A stretch of DNA of 40,547 bases from Vulcanimicrobiota bacterium (GCA_003135555.1 PLCF01000054.1:55452-95998), one strand, 5' to 3'. Counted from the first letter of the stretch, positions 1-8,829 are shown. Numbers and translations are program-made. Notes: generated from the letters alone by a model not told the origin.

Positions 1-521
1 CCGTCGCCGGCGATCTCGTTGGAGGTGTCGACGATGACGACCCGTTTGCGGTCCTCGGCGAGCACGCGCGCGCATTCGCGCAGCATCGTGGTCTTGCCGA
101 CGCCGGGCCGCCCCAACAAACAGATCGATTTGCCGCTACGGATCACGTCGAGCACGATGTCGATCGTCCCGTACACCGCCCGCCCGACGCGACAGGTGAG
201 CCCGACGATGCGGCCGGTGCGATTGCGAATCGCGCTGATGCGGTGCAGCGTCTGCTCGATTCCGGCCCGATTGTCGCCGCCGAACGGCGACAGCCGCGAA
301 GCGACGTGAACGATATCTTCCGACGTCACGGGCGTGTCGCTCAAGAACACGAAATCGTCTTCGAAACGCGCCTCGGGCGGACGGCCGAGGTCGAGCACCA
401 CTTCGATGACGTGGTCGAGGTTCGGAAGACGGACGAGCGGCTGGCGGATCGGGAGGGGGAAGATGTCCAGGAGCTGCGTGAGCTCCCAATTCGGCACGAA
501 GGACTCGGCGTTAACGGCCAA
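1..521 (-). CDS. Ycf45/SpoIIIAA-like AAA ATPase, N-terminal part (runs off the window start)
   Basis: Manual minus-strand translation from TTG at 521 (SD AGGAG upstream): ...EVVLDLGRPPEARF...DNRAGIEQTLHRISAIRNRTGRIVGLTCRVGRAV...LLGRPGVGKTTMLRE...VVIVDTSNEIAGD; Walker A plus Ycf45-typical motifs. Confidence 0.85.
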   Translation of the reverse strand, partial: MAVNAESFVPNWELTQLLDIFPLPIRQPLVRLPNLDHVIEVVLDLGRPPEARFEDDFVFLSDTPVTSEDIVHVASRLSPFGGDNRAGIEQTLHRISAIRNRTGRIVGLTCRVGRAVYGTIDIVLDVIRSGKSICLLGRPGVGKTTMLRECARVLAEDRKRVVIVDTSNEIAGD

Positions 522-717
522 CGTGGCTCCTACTCGACGTCTGTCGATTGTCGATCGCCGCCGCCCCCATCGCCGGAAGGCCGCGACGGGATAGCGGCTT
601 CCCGCCCGTCTGCCCGTTTACCTGGAACATATGTCACACCAAATACCTATCGGCACTCCGTTCGTTTCGCCCGCGCGGCCGAGAGGAACCGGCGGCTTGG
701 GCCGCCCAGGGACCGGG

Positions 718-1182
718 ATGGCGACGCGATACCTCGAGGACTATCCGGTCGGCACCAGCGCCGAGTTCGGCGACGCACAGGTCACCGAAGCCGAGATTCG
801 CGAGTTCGCCGCACGCGACGACCCGCAACCGTTTCACACCGACCCGGAAGCGGCCAAGAAGTGGCCGTACGGCGGCTTGATCGCGAGCGGCTGGCACACC
901 GCCGCGATGATGATGCGCATCCTCGTCGATCGCTTCATCGACGGCGAAGCCAGCCTGGGATCACCGGGCCTGGGCCCGATCCGCTGGAAGCTCCCGGTTC
1001 GCCCGGGCGACGTGTTGCGCGTTCGCGCGCGCGTGCTCGACAGCCGCGTATCGCAGAGCAAGCCGGATCGCGGGACGCTCACCTTCGAGGTCGAGGTCAT
1101 CAATGGGCGCGACGAGGTCGTGATGGTCGTCGAGAACTGGCTGGCGATCCTGCGTACGCGTCCGCAAAGCGGCGTCGCCTAG
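718..1182 (+). CDS. MaoC family dehydratase (hotdog fold)
   Basis: YLEDY...FAARDDPQPFHTD...GGLIASGWHT...PVRPGD; ATG at 718 preferred over 631. Confidence 0.9.
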   Translation: MATRYLEDYPVGTSAEFGDAQVTEAEIREFAARDDPQPFHTDPEAAKKWPYGGLIASGWHTAAMMMRILVDRFIDGEASLGSPGLGPIRWKLPVRPGDVLRVRARVLDSRVSQSKPDRGTLTFEVEVINGRDEVVMVVENWLAILRTRPQSGVA

Positions 1183-2147
1183 CGCGCCAGCGGGACCGCG
1201 CCCAGTTCGCGCAGCGCTGCGTCGTACTCGCGCGCGAGCCGCGCCACCAGCTCGCCCGCGCTGGGGACGCGATCCACCGCGCCGATCCCTTGGCCCGAGC
1301 CCCAAATGTCGCGCCACGCCTTGGTCTTCTCCGCGGCGAAGTTCATCTTCGACGGATCGCTTTGGGGCAAGTTGTCGGGATCGAGCCCGGCGCTCTCGAT
1401 CGAGGATCGCAGATAGTTCCCGTGCACGCCGGTGAACAGGTTCGTGTAGATCACGTCCTGCGCACCCGACGCGACGATGCTCTGCTTGTACGCCTCGCCG
1501 GCATGCGCCTCGAGGGTCGCGATGAAGGCCGAGCCGACGTAGGCGAAGTCGGCGCCCAGCGCGCGCGCCGCCAGCACGGAGCGGCCGTTGGCGATCGCTC
1601 CGGAGAGCGCGAGCGGTCCGTCGAACCAGGCCCGGATCTCTTGCACCAGCGCGAACGGCGACCACGTGCCGGCGTGACCCCCCGCGCCGGCCGCTACCGC
1701 GATCAAACCGTCGGCGCCCTTCTCGATCGCTTTGTGCGCGAAGGCGACGTTGATGACATCGTGCAGCACGATCCCACCGTAGGCGTGGATCGCCTCGTTG
1801 AGATCGGGACGCGCGCCCAGCGACGTGATCACGATCTCGACGCGGTGCTTCACGCACAGCTCGAGATCGTGCATCAGCCGCGGGTTGGACTTGTGGACGA
1901 TGAGGTTCACCGCGAACGGCGCCGACGGGCGCCCCGGATGCGCGGCGTCGTAGTCCGCGAGCTCGCTGCGCAGGCGCGTCAGCCATTCGTCGAGGACGTG
2001 CTCCGGACGAGCGTTGAGCGACGGAAACGAGCCGATCACGCCGGCCTTGCACTGCGCGAGCACGAGCTCGGGCCGCGAAACGATGAACATCGGCGCGCCG
2101 ATGACGGGCAGGGCGAGCCGATCGGCCGAGAGCGCGTCGGGGAGCAT
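1179..2147 (-). CDS. Nitronate monooxygenase / 2-nitropropane dioxygenase family flavoprotein
   Basis: PVIGAPMFIVS, AAGAGGHAG, LGADFAYVGSAFIAT, DIWGSGQG; 4-nt CTAG convergent overlap with MaoC. Confidence 0.9.
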   Translation of the reverse strand: MLPDALSADRLALPVIGAPMFIVSRPELVLAQCKAGVIGSFPSLNARPEHVLDEWLTRLRSELADYDAAHPGRPSAPFAVNLIVHKSNPRLMHDLELCVKHRVEIVITSLGARPDLNEAIHAYGGIVLHDVINVAFAHKAIEKGADGLIAVAAGAGGHAGTWSPFALVQEIRAWFDGPLALSGAIANGRSVLAARALGADFAYVGSAFIATLEAHAGEAYKQSIVASGAQDVIYTNLFTGVHGNYLRSSIESAGLDPDNLPQSDPSKMNFAAEKTKAWRDIWGSGQGIGAVDRVPSAGELVARLAREYDAALRELGAVPLAR

Positions 2148-2163
2148 CCCCGCGTCCTTCGCG

Positions 2164-2745
2164 CTAGAGCATCACCAGCCCCAGCCGCACGCCGAGCATG
2201 ACCGCCTCGGTGCGCGTCGTCGCCCCGAGCTTGGCGAGGATCGACGCGACGTGCGCCTTGACCGTGTTCTCGCTCAGCGCCAGCCGTTCGGCGATGCGGC
2301 GGTTGGAGAGTCCTCCGGCGAGCAGCGCGAGGATTTGCCGCTCGCGCTCGGTCAGCGGTTCGGACGGTGCCGTGCCGCGCAACATCGTCGCCGCGGGCGC
2401 GAGCGTGTCCCGCACCGCGGCGTCCAAAACGACCAGGCCGGTGCTCACGGCGGCGAGGGCCGCCAGCAGCTCTTGCGCATCGCTCTGGCGCGCCAGCACG
2501 GCCGCCGCGCCGGCACGCAGCGCCGCGAGCGCGACGTCGGCGTGCGGATCGTCGACGAGCACGATCGTCGGCAGCGTGAAAACATCGAGCAGCCCGGCTC
2601 GTGCGACGGCCGTGCCGGGCAGGTCGCGCAGGACGATCGCTGCAGCGTCGCCCGGAACGACCTCGACGGCGTCGCCGAGGGCTCGCGCGAGCCGTTCGCG
2701 CGACGCCGCGTCGGCGACGATGGCGATGCGCGTGCGCTCAGGCAG
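2164..2745 (-). CDS. LuxR/NarL-family response regulator with degenerate receiver domain (start uncertain, possibly CTG at 2745)
   Basis: C-terminal LTERERQILALLAGGLSNRRIAERLALSENTVKAHVASILAKLG HTH; N-terminal receiver-like fold lacking the canonical DD, T/S and K residues. Confidence 0.85.
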   Translation of the reverse strand: MPERTRIAIVADAASRERLARALGDAVEVVPGDAAAIVLRDLPGTAVARAGLLDVFTLPTIVLVDDPHADVALAALRAGAAAVLARQSDAQELLAALAAVSTGLVVLDAAVRDTLAPAATMLRGTAPSEPLTERERQILALLAGGLSNRRIAERLALSENTVKAHVASILAKLGATTRTEAVMLGVRLGLVML

Positions 2746-3529
2746 CGCGCGCGCGCTCCGGGTCGCGCGGGACGCGCACCGTGGTCGCGACACCGCCGCG
2801 GAGGACGTCGAGCGCGCTCGCATAGCGCAGGCGGTCCGCATCGCGTCCCGGCAGGACGTCGCCGACGATCAAGCCGGCACGCTGCGCGCGGCTGTTGGGC
2901 TCGACGGCGACGACCAGCAGTGCCTCGCGGCCGCCGCGCAGGAGAACCGGCGCGAGGTGAACGCCGAGCAGCGACGGCGGGCGGGCGTCGACGAAACGCT
3001 CCACGTCGTCGGCGGGGACGGCGAGCGCGAGCCCGCCGTACACCATGCTGTTGATCCCGACGACCCGGCCTTGTGCGTCGGCGAGCGGGCCACCGGAGTT
3101 GCCGGGGGCCAACCGCAGATCGGCCTGCACGAAGCGGCGCGAGCCGGCGGTCACGGCGGCATGCGCGATCCCCATGGTCAGAGCGTTCGGGATCCCCAGC
3201 GGATGTCCGACCGCGACGAGCACTTCACCGATGCGAATCTCGGCCGGGTCACGGATCGCCGCCGCCGGCAGCCCTACCGCGTCGATGCGCAGCAGCGCAA
3301 GGTCGCGCCCAGCGTCGCGCCGCTCGACGCGGGCGGCGAAGCTCCGGCCGTCGCTCAGGACGACCTCGGCCGTGGGCCGGCTCGCGACGTGCGCGTTGGT
3401 CACGATCGCACCGTCGCTCGCCCAGATCACCCCTGAGCCCGCGCCGGCACGGCCCAACCGTACCGCCACCGTACTAGCCCGCAGCTTCTCCGCCAGGAGT
3501 TCGAGATCGCGCTCGATGGACGGGTTCAT
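2738..3529 (-). CDS. S1C (HtrA/DegP-like) serine protease with short PDZ-like C-terminus, no signal peptide
   Basis: GSGVIW, VTNAHV, RDLALL, APGNSGGPL catalytic triad motifs. Confidence 0.9.
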   Translation of the reverse strand: MNPSIERDLELLAEKLRASTVAVRLGRAGAGSGVIWASDGAIVTNAHVASRPTAEVVLSDGRSFAARVERRDAGRDLALLRIDAVGLPAAAIRDPAEIRIGEVLVAVGHPLGIPNALTMGIAHAAVTAGSRRFVQADLRLAPGNSGGPLADAQGRVVGINSMVYGGLALAVPADDVERFVDARPPSLLGVHLAPVLLRGGREALLVVAVEPNSRAQRAGLIVGDVLPGRDADRLRYASALDVLRGGVATTVRVPRDPERARAA

Positions 3530-3530
3530 G

Positions 3531-4406
3531 CTAGTCGTGCTCCGGGCGTTCGCCGACGGTGGCGTCGAGGTGCCGCGGCGCCCCGCCGCGCCGCACGTCG
3601 ATACCGATCTGCGCGCCGACGCTCGACGCGCCGAGCTGCGCGTGCACGTCGTCGGCGTCTTCGACGGTCTGCCCGCCGATCGCGACGATCACGTCCCCGA
3701 CGAGCAAGCCCGCGCGCTCCGCCGGGCTGTCGGGCGCCACGCCGAGCACGATTGCGCCGCCGTCGACGCCGTGGAGCGCGAGTCCGAGATAGCCGCGCGG
3801 AATTCGGCCGCCGCGCGCCAGCAGCGTCTCGACGACCCGCTGGATCGTCGACGCCGGAACGGTCAGCGACTGCCGGCGCGACAGCCCGCCGGTGTTGAGG
3901 CCGATGACCCGCCCGGATACGTCGATCAGCGGGCTTCCGGAGAAGCGCGGATAGAGGGAGAGGTCGGGGCGCACGAAGCGGTCGATCTCGCCGCCCTGCC
4001 AGGTGCGCCATTTTTCGCCGACGACGCTGAGCACGCCCATCGTCGCCGCGAGGTCGCCGTCGTCGTCGCGGGCGACGGCCAGCACGATGGCGCCGACACG
4101 CAACGCCTCGGCGGGCGCGAACTCCAGCGGCACGCCCGCGTTCTCGACGCGCAAGAGCGCCAAGTCCGTCGACGGATCGCGACCGACGATCACGGCCCGC
4201 GCGGTGTCGCCGCCGGCGCGTACGATCTCGACCTCGTCGCTCTCGAGCGCATGATCCGCGGTCAGGATCAGATCGGGCCGAACGTAGAACCCGGACGAGC
4301 CTATGCGCGAACGCGCTTCGACCGCGACCACGGCGGCGGCGACGCGCTCGACGGTCGACGCAACATCGTTGGAGAGCGCGACCAGCGCGCTGGTATCGGT
4401 AGCCAT
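3531..4406 (-). CDS. S1C serine protease-like protein with PDZ domain, variant active-site loop, no signal peptide
   Basis: LTADH, TDLALL, YPRFSGSPL; PDZ motifs RGYLGL and SPAERAGLLVGDVI. Confidence 0.88.
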   Translation of the reverse strand: MATDTSALVALSNDVASTVERVAAAVVAVEARSRIGSSGFYVRPDLILTADHALESDEVEIVRAGGDTARAVIVGRDPSTDLALLRVENAGVPLEFAPAEALRVGAIVLAVARDDDGDLAATMGVLSVVGEKWRTWQGGEIDRFVRPDLSLYPRFSGSPLIDVSGRVIGLNTGGLSRRQSLTVPASTIQRVVETLLARGGRIPRGYLGLALHGVDGGAIVLGVAPDSPAERAGLLVGDVIVAIGGQTVEDADDVHAQLGASSVGAQIGIDVRRGGAPRHLDATVGERPEHD

Positions 4407-4412
4407 GCGGTC

Positions 4413-4456
4413 ATGCTACGCCCCCTACGCGCACCCCGCATCACCCGTTCGGGTAA
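4413..4456 (-). promoter_or_regulatory. Putative leaderless promoter (-10 TAGCAT) with 7-2-7 palindromic operator TCACCCG-tt-CGGGTAA
   Basis: TAGCAT at 4418-4413 lies 6 nt before the ATG at 4406; inverted repeat at 4441-4456 (6 of 7 matches). Confidence 0.6.
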
Positions 4457-4500
4457 CGCAGCTCGGGAATGCTCGGCGATCCCGGCGAAGCGGCGCCCCG

Positions 4501-5361
4501 ATGGCGACCACCGATTTGCGCCCGCTGAGCTTGGGCGAGGTGCTCGACCGAGCGGTTACGCTCTTCGTGCGCCGCTTCAGCGCCATCGTTACCGCGATCG
4601 CGGTCGCGTACGTGCCGTTTGCATTCCTCCAGTGGGCGCTCCTCGGTTGGCTCGTCCCCTACAAGGCTCGACTCACGCGCGAGGAGTGGTCGTCGTTCGG
4701 TCTCGATCTCGTGCTGGGCGTGCTCGTCTTTGCTCTTTCTCGGACGGCGGTGGCGGCCGTCGTGGGAGAAGCCTACATGTCCCGCGCCCTCTCGCTCGTA
4801 GCCGCGTACCTCTTGGCGGCGCGTCGCTTCGGCGCGCAGATCGTAGTGCTTTTCGTTGCCGCCCTTTTCGGATGCGCGATCGTGATCGTCGCCGCGATCC
4901 CGGTCCTCGTGATGCCGCTCTTCTGGACGCCCGACAGCGGAGTGCTGCCGATCTTCACCGTGCTGAGCATCGCCGGCACCGCCGCGGCCGTGCTCGGCGC
5001 TTGGCTCTTCCTCGGATACGAACTGGCGACGGTGCGCCTCGCCGTCCGGGCGCAGAATGGCTATGCGGCAGTCGTGGCGGCACTCCGGGCGACGGTATTC
5101 TGGCGTCCGTGGCGGTCGTTGCTCGCCGCCGGCACGTTGCTGCTCGTCCAAGTGGGCGGTGCATTTATCTTCTCGGGGCTTGCCCAGCTCATGCCGTCAC
5201 CGGCCCTGCAGGCGTTCATGACATTCGGAGTTGGCTCTGTCGCCGCGATCCTGATCGAAGCGTTGACGGTGACGTTCTTGGTCGTGTACGACGTCGACAT
5301 CGCGGTCCGCCACGAAGGTTTCGACCTCGCCGTCGCGCTGGACGCGGCTAGTGAAATGTGA
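4501..5361 (+). CDS. Polytopic membrane protein (LRPL..GE.LD N-terminal motif; glycerophosphoryl-diester-phosphodiesterase membrane-domain-like)
   Basis: MATTDLRPLSLGEVLDRAVTLF, about 6 hydrophobic segments, C-terminal YDVDIAVRHEGFDL. Confidence 0.75.
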   Translation: MATTDLRPLSLGEVLDRAVTLFVRRFSAIVTAIAVAYVPFAFLQWALLGWLVPYKARLTREEWSSFGLDLVLGVLVFALSRTAVAAVVGEAYMSRALSLVAAYLLAARRFGAQIVVLFVAALFGCAIVIVAAIPVLVMPLFWTPDSGVLPIFTVLSIAGTAAAVLGAWLFLGYELATVRLAVRAQNGYAAVVAALRATVFWRPWRSLLAAGTLLLVQVGGAFIFSGLAQLMPSPALQAFMTFGVGSVAAILIEALTVTFLVVYDVDIAVRHEGFDLAVALDAASEM

Positions 5362-5986
5362 TTTCGAGCTGGTAGGTCGTCGGGGATTGAGGGCAGCCGG
5401 GGATCGGCTCGAAGCGATACGCGCCGCTGCGTGCGGCGGCGGTCGCTGCGTTGTCGGTCTTCGGGTTGCCGCTTGAGTGCACGAGCCGCACGCCGGTGAC
5501 CGCCGCCGCCGAATCGAGCGACACCTCGACGGTCGCCGTACCCGGCACCTCGCGTTGGGGCGGCGGCGAAAAGCCCATCGGCCGCACGAACGGTCCGGCG
5601 CACGGCGCGAGTGAGACGTTTGGCGCGGGGCTCTGTCGCGCCGCGGTCGCCTCCGGCGGCACGTTGAAACTGAGCGCTGCGGTGCTGCTGGTCGTCACGC
5701 AGCCGTATGCGGGCGGTGCAAAGCGAAAGTGCTCGACCGCTTTGGCGGCGGCTGCGTCGACGGCCGCGTCACCCGAAGATTCGACCGTCACGACCCGCCG
5801 GACGCGTCCGTCGCTGCCGAGATCGGCTAAGACGCGCACGCGCGGGTTCGTCGGGTGCATGCCCTCCGGGATCGTCAGCATCGCTTCCTGGACAATGCGC
5901 AGAGCCGAGCGCGGACAGGCCGCCGTGGGTTCCGACGGCGCGGGCGAGGCAGCCGCAACGAGCGCTGCGGCGAGCAGCGCGATCAA
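5348..5986 (-). CDS. Secreted protein with two TonB C-terminal-like domains (paralogue 2)
   Basis: Signal peptide; ESSGDAAVDAAAAKAVEHFRFAP and HSSGNPKTDNAA motifs; TTG start. Confidence 0.75.
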   Translation of the reverse strand: MIALLAAALVAAASPAPSEPTAACPRSALRIVQEAMLTIPEGMHPTNPRVRVLADLGSDGRVRRVVTVESSGDAAVDAAAAKAVEHFRFAPPAYGCVTTSSTAALSFNVPPEATAARQSPAPNVSLAPCAGPFVRPMGFSPPPQREVPGTATVEVSLDSAAAVTGVRLVHSSGNPKTDNAATAAARSGAYRFEPIPGCPQSPTTYQLEITFH

Positions 5987-6046
5987 AGCGCCACCCCGAT
6001 AGACTGGAGATCGTCGTCACACGGGCGTCGCACGGGTTGCTCCACC

Positions 6047-6682
6047 TCAGTGAAACGTGAGCTCGAGCCGATACGTCGTCGCGGTGGGTGTGCAACCGGG
6101 TTGGCGTTCGAAAACGTAGGTGGCGTTGCGGCCCAAAATCGCGGCGAAATAGTCAGCCTTCGTGTTGCCGCTGGATCGGGCGAGGTGCACGCCGGTGACA
6201 CGAGCAGTCGCATCGAGTACGATGTCGATCGCGGCGGTTCCCGGCGGTTCGCGACGGCGCGGCACCGGAAAGCGAGTCACCCGGACGAACGGCGCGGCGC
6301 ACGGCAGCGAAACTGCACCGGGAGGCGCCGGCGATGCGATCGATTCCGCGGGCATCTCCCAACCGTGCGACCACGCGGTGCTGGTGCTCATGCAGGCCCC
6401 CGTCTGCGGCGCGAATCGCCACTCCGCGACCGCCTTCGCGGCGAGCTCGTCCACCGCCGCATCGCCCGATGATTCAACCATCGCCGACCGCCGAACGCGG
6501 CCATCACTTCCGATGTCCAGCGCGAACCATACGCGGCTGCGCGTCGGACGCGCGTTGTCCGGCATCGTGAAGTTGGAATCCTGGATAATCCGCGCTTCTG
6601 CGCGTGGACACGCCGCGATGGAGCCGGGCAGCGGCGCCGGAGAGGCTGCGGCCACGAGCAACGAGGCGAACATCGCGATCAT
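6047..6682 (-). CDS. Secreted protein with two TonB C-terminal-like domains (paralogue 1)
   Basis: ESSGDAAVDELAAKAVAEWRFAP and RSSGNTKAD motifs; collinear with 5348-5986; ATGA overlap with decarboxylase stop. Confidence 0.75.
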   Translation of the reverse strand: MIAMFASLLVAAASPAPLPGSIAACPRAEARIIQDSNFTMPDNARPTRSRVWFALDIGSDGRVRRSAMVESSGDAAVDELAAKAVAEWRFAPQTGACMSTSTAWSHGWEMPAESIASPAPPGAVSLPCAAPFVRVTRFPVPRRREPPGTAAIDIVLDATARVTGVHLARSSGNTKADYFAAILGRNATYVFERQPGCTPTATTYRLELTFH

Positions 6683-8190
6683 CGCACTACTCGGATGAAC
6701 TTGAGATCGTCGTCGTACGGGCCTTGCATCCTCACCCCGGCCCGCTTTTCCAGCGAGAGATAGGCGATGATCTCCGGCGTGATCTCCTCGCCGGGGGAGA
6801 TCACCGGGATCCCGGGCGGATACGGCGTGATGACCTCGGAGCAGATGCGGCCGGCCGAGGTCTTGAACGGTACGAGTTCGGTGTCGGCGAGAAATGCGTC
6901 GCGCGGCACCAACCGTATCGGCGGGATCGACGGAAGCTTGTACGTTCCGGTGTTCATGCGCCGCTCGAGCACGCCCGAAGGCGAGAAGATGTCGACCGGC
7001 CGGTCCTCACGCGCCAGCTCGCGCACGCCGTGGATGAGCAGGTCGGACGCTTCGGTCGTCGTGCCGATCGTGTACAGCGCGACCACGTTGAACAGGTCGG
7101 CCAACTCGACCTGAACGTTGTAGCGGCGGCGCAAGATCTCTTCGGCCTCGTACCCGGTGTAGCCCAGGTCCTTGACCGTGATCGTGATCTTGGTCGGATC
7201 GATGTCGAAGACGCCGGGCCGCCCTTCGAGCTCTTCGCCGAAGCAGTACACGCGCGGAATCTCGTTGAGCCGCGTGCGCGCGTCGCTGGCGATTTCGATC
7301 GTGCGCGACAGGAGCGCCGGCCCTTCGATCGCCATTTGCCGCCGGGCGACGTCGAGCGACGCCACCAGCACGAGGTTGGGCGAGGTCGACAAAAAGAGCT
7401 TGTACACCGCCTTGAGGCGGTCGACGCGGATCCGCTTGCCCTGCACGTGGAGCATCGCGGTTTGCGACAACGACCCAAGCATCTTGTGCGTCGAGTTGAT
7501 GCACATGTCGGCGCCGGCTTGCATCGCCGAGAGCGGCAGCGCGGGGTGGAAATGGAAGTGCGGCCCCCAGGCCTCGTCGACGAGCAGCGGGATGTTGTGC
7601 TCGTGCGCGATCGCCGCGATCGCCTCGAGATCGGCCGCGACGCCGTAGTACGTCGGCGAGACGATGTAGATCGCCTTGACGTCGGGCTCGCGCTCGAGTG
7701 TCGCGCGCACGGTCGCCGGCGTGATCGTGTGATCCATGTGCAGCGCCTCGTCGACCTCGGGCTGCATCCACACGGGCGTGGCGCCGGACATGATCAGGCC
7801 GCCCATCGAGCTCTTGTGCGAATTGCGCGGCAAAGCCAACTTGTCGCCCGGGTTGAGCGCCGTCATCATCATGCACTGGTTGCCGCTGGTCGACCCGTTG
7901 ATCAGAAAAAACGACTGCTCCGCGCCAAAGCACGCGGCGGCCAGGTCCTGCGCCTCGACCAGCGCCTCCTCGGGCTGCAAGAGGTCGTCGAGCCCGCGGA
8001 TCTGGGTGAGGTCGATCGCCAGCACGTTGTCGCCGACGAAATCGCGGAAGGCCCGGTCCATCCCGATCCCCTGTTTGTGGCCGGGCGTGTGAAACGGAAT
8101 GACGCCGGCGTCGACGTAGTCGAGCAGGACCTGGAAGTACGGCGCACGCGTTTGGTCGAGCGCCGTCGTCGAGGGCTTCCGGCGGTTCAC
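6679..8190 (-). CDS. Orn/Lys/Arg decarboxylase, PLP-dependent fold type I
   Basis: FHTPGHKQG, NGSTSGN, PRNSHKS, VDEAWGPH, NSTHKML (PLP lysine), STSPN, PYPPGIP. Confidence 0.93.
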   Translation of the reverse strand: MNRRKPSTTALDQTRAPYFQVLLDYVDAGVIPFHTPGHKQGIGMDRAFRDFVGDNVLAIDLTQIRGLDDLLQPEEALVEAQDLAAACFGAEQSFFLINGSTSGNQCMMMTALNPGDKLALPRNSHKSSMGGLIMSGATPVWMQPEVDEALHMDHTITPATVRATLEREPDVKAIYIVSPTYYGVAADLEAIAAIAHEHNIPLLVDEAWGPHFHFHPALPLSAMQAGADMCINSTHKMLGSLSQTAMLHVQGKRIRVDRLKAVYKLFLSTSPNLVLVASLDVARRQMAIEGPALLSRTIEIASDARTRLNEIPRVYCFGEELEGRPGVFDIDPTKITITVKDLGYTGYEAEEILRRRYNVQVELADLFNVVALYTIGTTTEASDLLIHGVRELAREDRPVDIFSPSGVLERRMNTGTYKLPSIPPIRLVPRDAFLADTELVPFKTSAGRICSEVITPYPPGIPVISPGEEITPEIIAYLSLEKRAGVRMQGPYDDDLKFIRVVR

Positions 8191-8200
8191 AACGCGAGCG

Positions 8201-8209
8201 AGTATAGCA
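8201..8209 (-). promoter_or_regulatory. Extended -10 promoter TGcTATACT for the decarboxylase-TonB-C operon
   Basis: TGnTATACT 10 nt upstream of the GTG at 8190; no SD, so near-leaderless. Confidence 0.6.
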
Positions 8210-8248
8210 CGGCGCCGGGGCGCTGTCGCGCCTGGGCGGGGCAGCCTG

Positions 8249-8785
8249 CTAGGCGGGAGCTTCTACGCGCTCTTCGATCGAGACGTTGTAGAGGAACAGG
8301 AACTGGTGCCACTCGCCGGGGAGCGTGTTGCGCTTGACGCGGATCCACGGGATGTACTTGGGCGCCTTGGGCTTACGCTTGAGGCGCATGTTGGCGTGCT
8401 CGGGCGTGCGGTTGTTCTTGCGGTTGTTGCAGCGCATGCACGCGCAGACGAGATTCTCCCACGTCGAGGGTCCGCCTTTGCTCTTGGGCAGCACGTGATC
8501 GACCGTCATCATGCGCTCGCCTTTGAGGTTGCAGTACTGGCAGGTATAGTCGTCACGCAGCAGCACGTTCTTCTTGGTCAGGGCGACCTTCTGCATCGGG
8601 CGCTTGATGTAGTACAGCATGCGGATGATCGACGGCAGGCGCATCTCGTACGACGTCGACTTGATCACTTCGTCGCGGCGGTGCACCATCTCGGCCTTGC
8701 CGGAGAACAGCAGCTTCACCGCGCGCTGGAACGAGGTGATGTTGAGCGCTTCGTAGGTGAAGTTCAGGACGAGAACGTCGTTCAT
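8249..8785 (-). CDS. HNH endonuclease (McrA/HNH_5-like)
   Basis: VLVLNFTYEAL N-terminus, RDDYTCQYC, TVDHVLPKSKGG, NLVCACMRCNNRK; SD GGGAG before ATG 8785. Confidence 0.92.
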   Translation of the reverse strand: MNDVLVLNFTYEALNITSFQRAVKLLFSGKAEMVHRRDEVIKSTSYEMRLPSIIRMLYYIKRPMQKVALTKKNVLLRDDYTCQYCNLKGERMMTVDHVLPKSKGGPSTWENLVCACMRCNNRKNNRTPEHANMRLKRKPKAPKYIPWIRVKRNTLPGEWHQFLFLYNVSIEERVEAPA

Positions 8786-8829
8786 GATCGCTCCCGTTTC
8801 CAATGCGGCTGGGCTGCGGACCACAAACG

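Noticed and set aside
522..717. AT-richer divergent intergenic region as a possible sRNA or riboswitch; N-terminal MaoC extension from 631
   Set aside because: No convincing stem or recognisable aptamer; most simply divergent promoters
243..2201. Long alternative ORFs (243-2201, 3045-5351, 6604-8337, 15553-17859, 31856-33436, 37721-39118 and others)
   Set aside because: Antisense or off-frame shadows of well-supported genes; Arg/Ala-rich and motif-free, as expected in high-GC DNA
6679..8190. Assigning speA/cadA/speC
   Set aside because: Substrate specificity cannot be determined from motifs alone
8249..8785. HNH as IscB/OMEGA effector or homing endonuclease in an intron
   Set aside because: 178 aa with no RuvC or PLMP motifs, no transposon ends and no interrupted host gene
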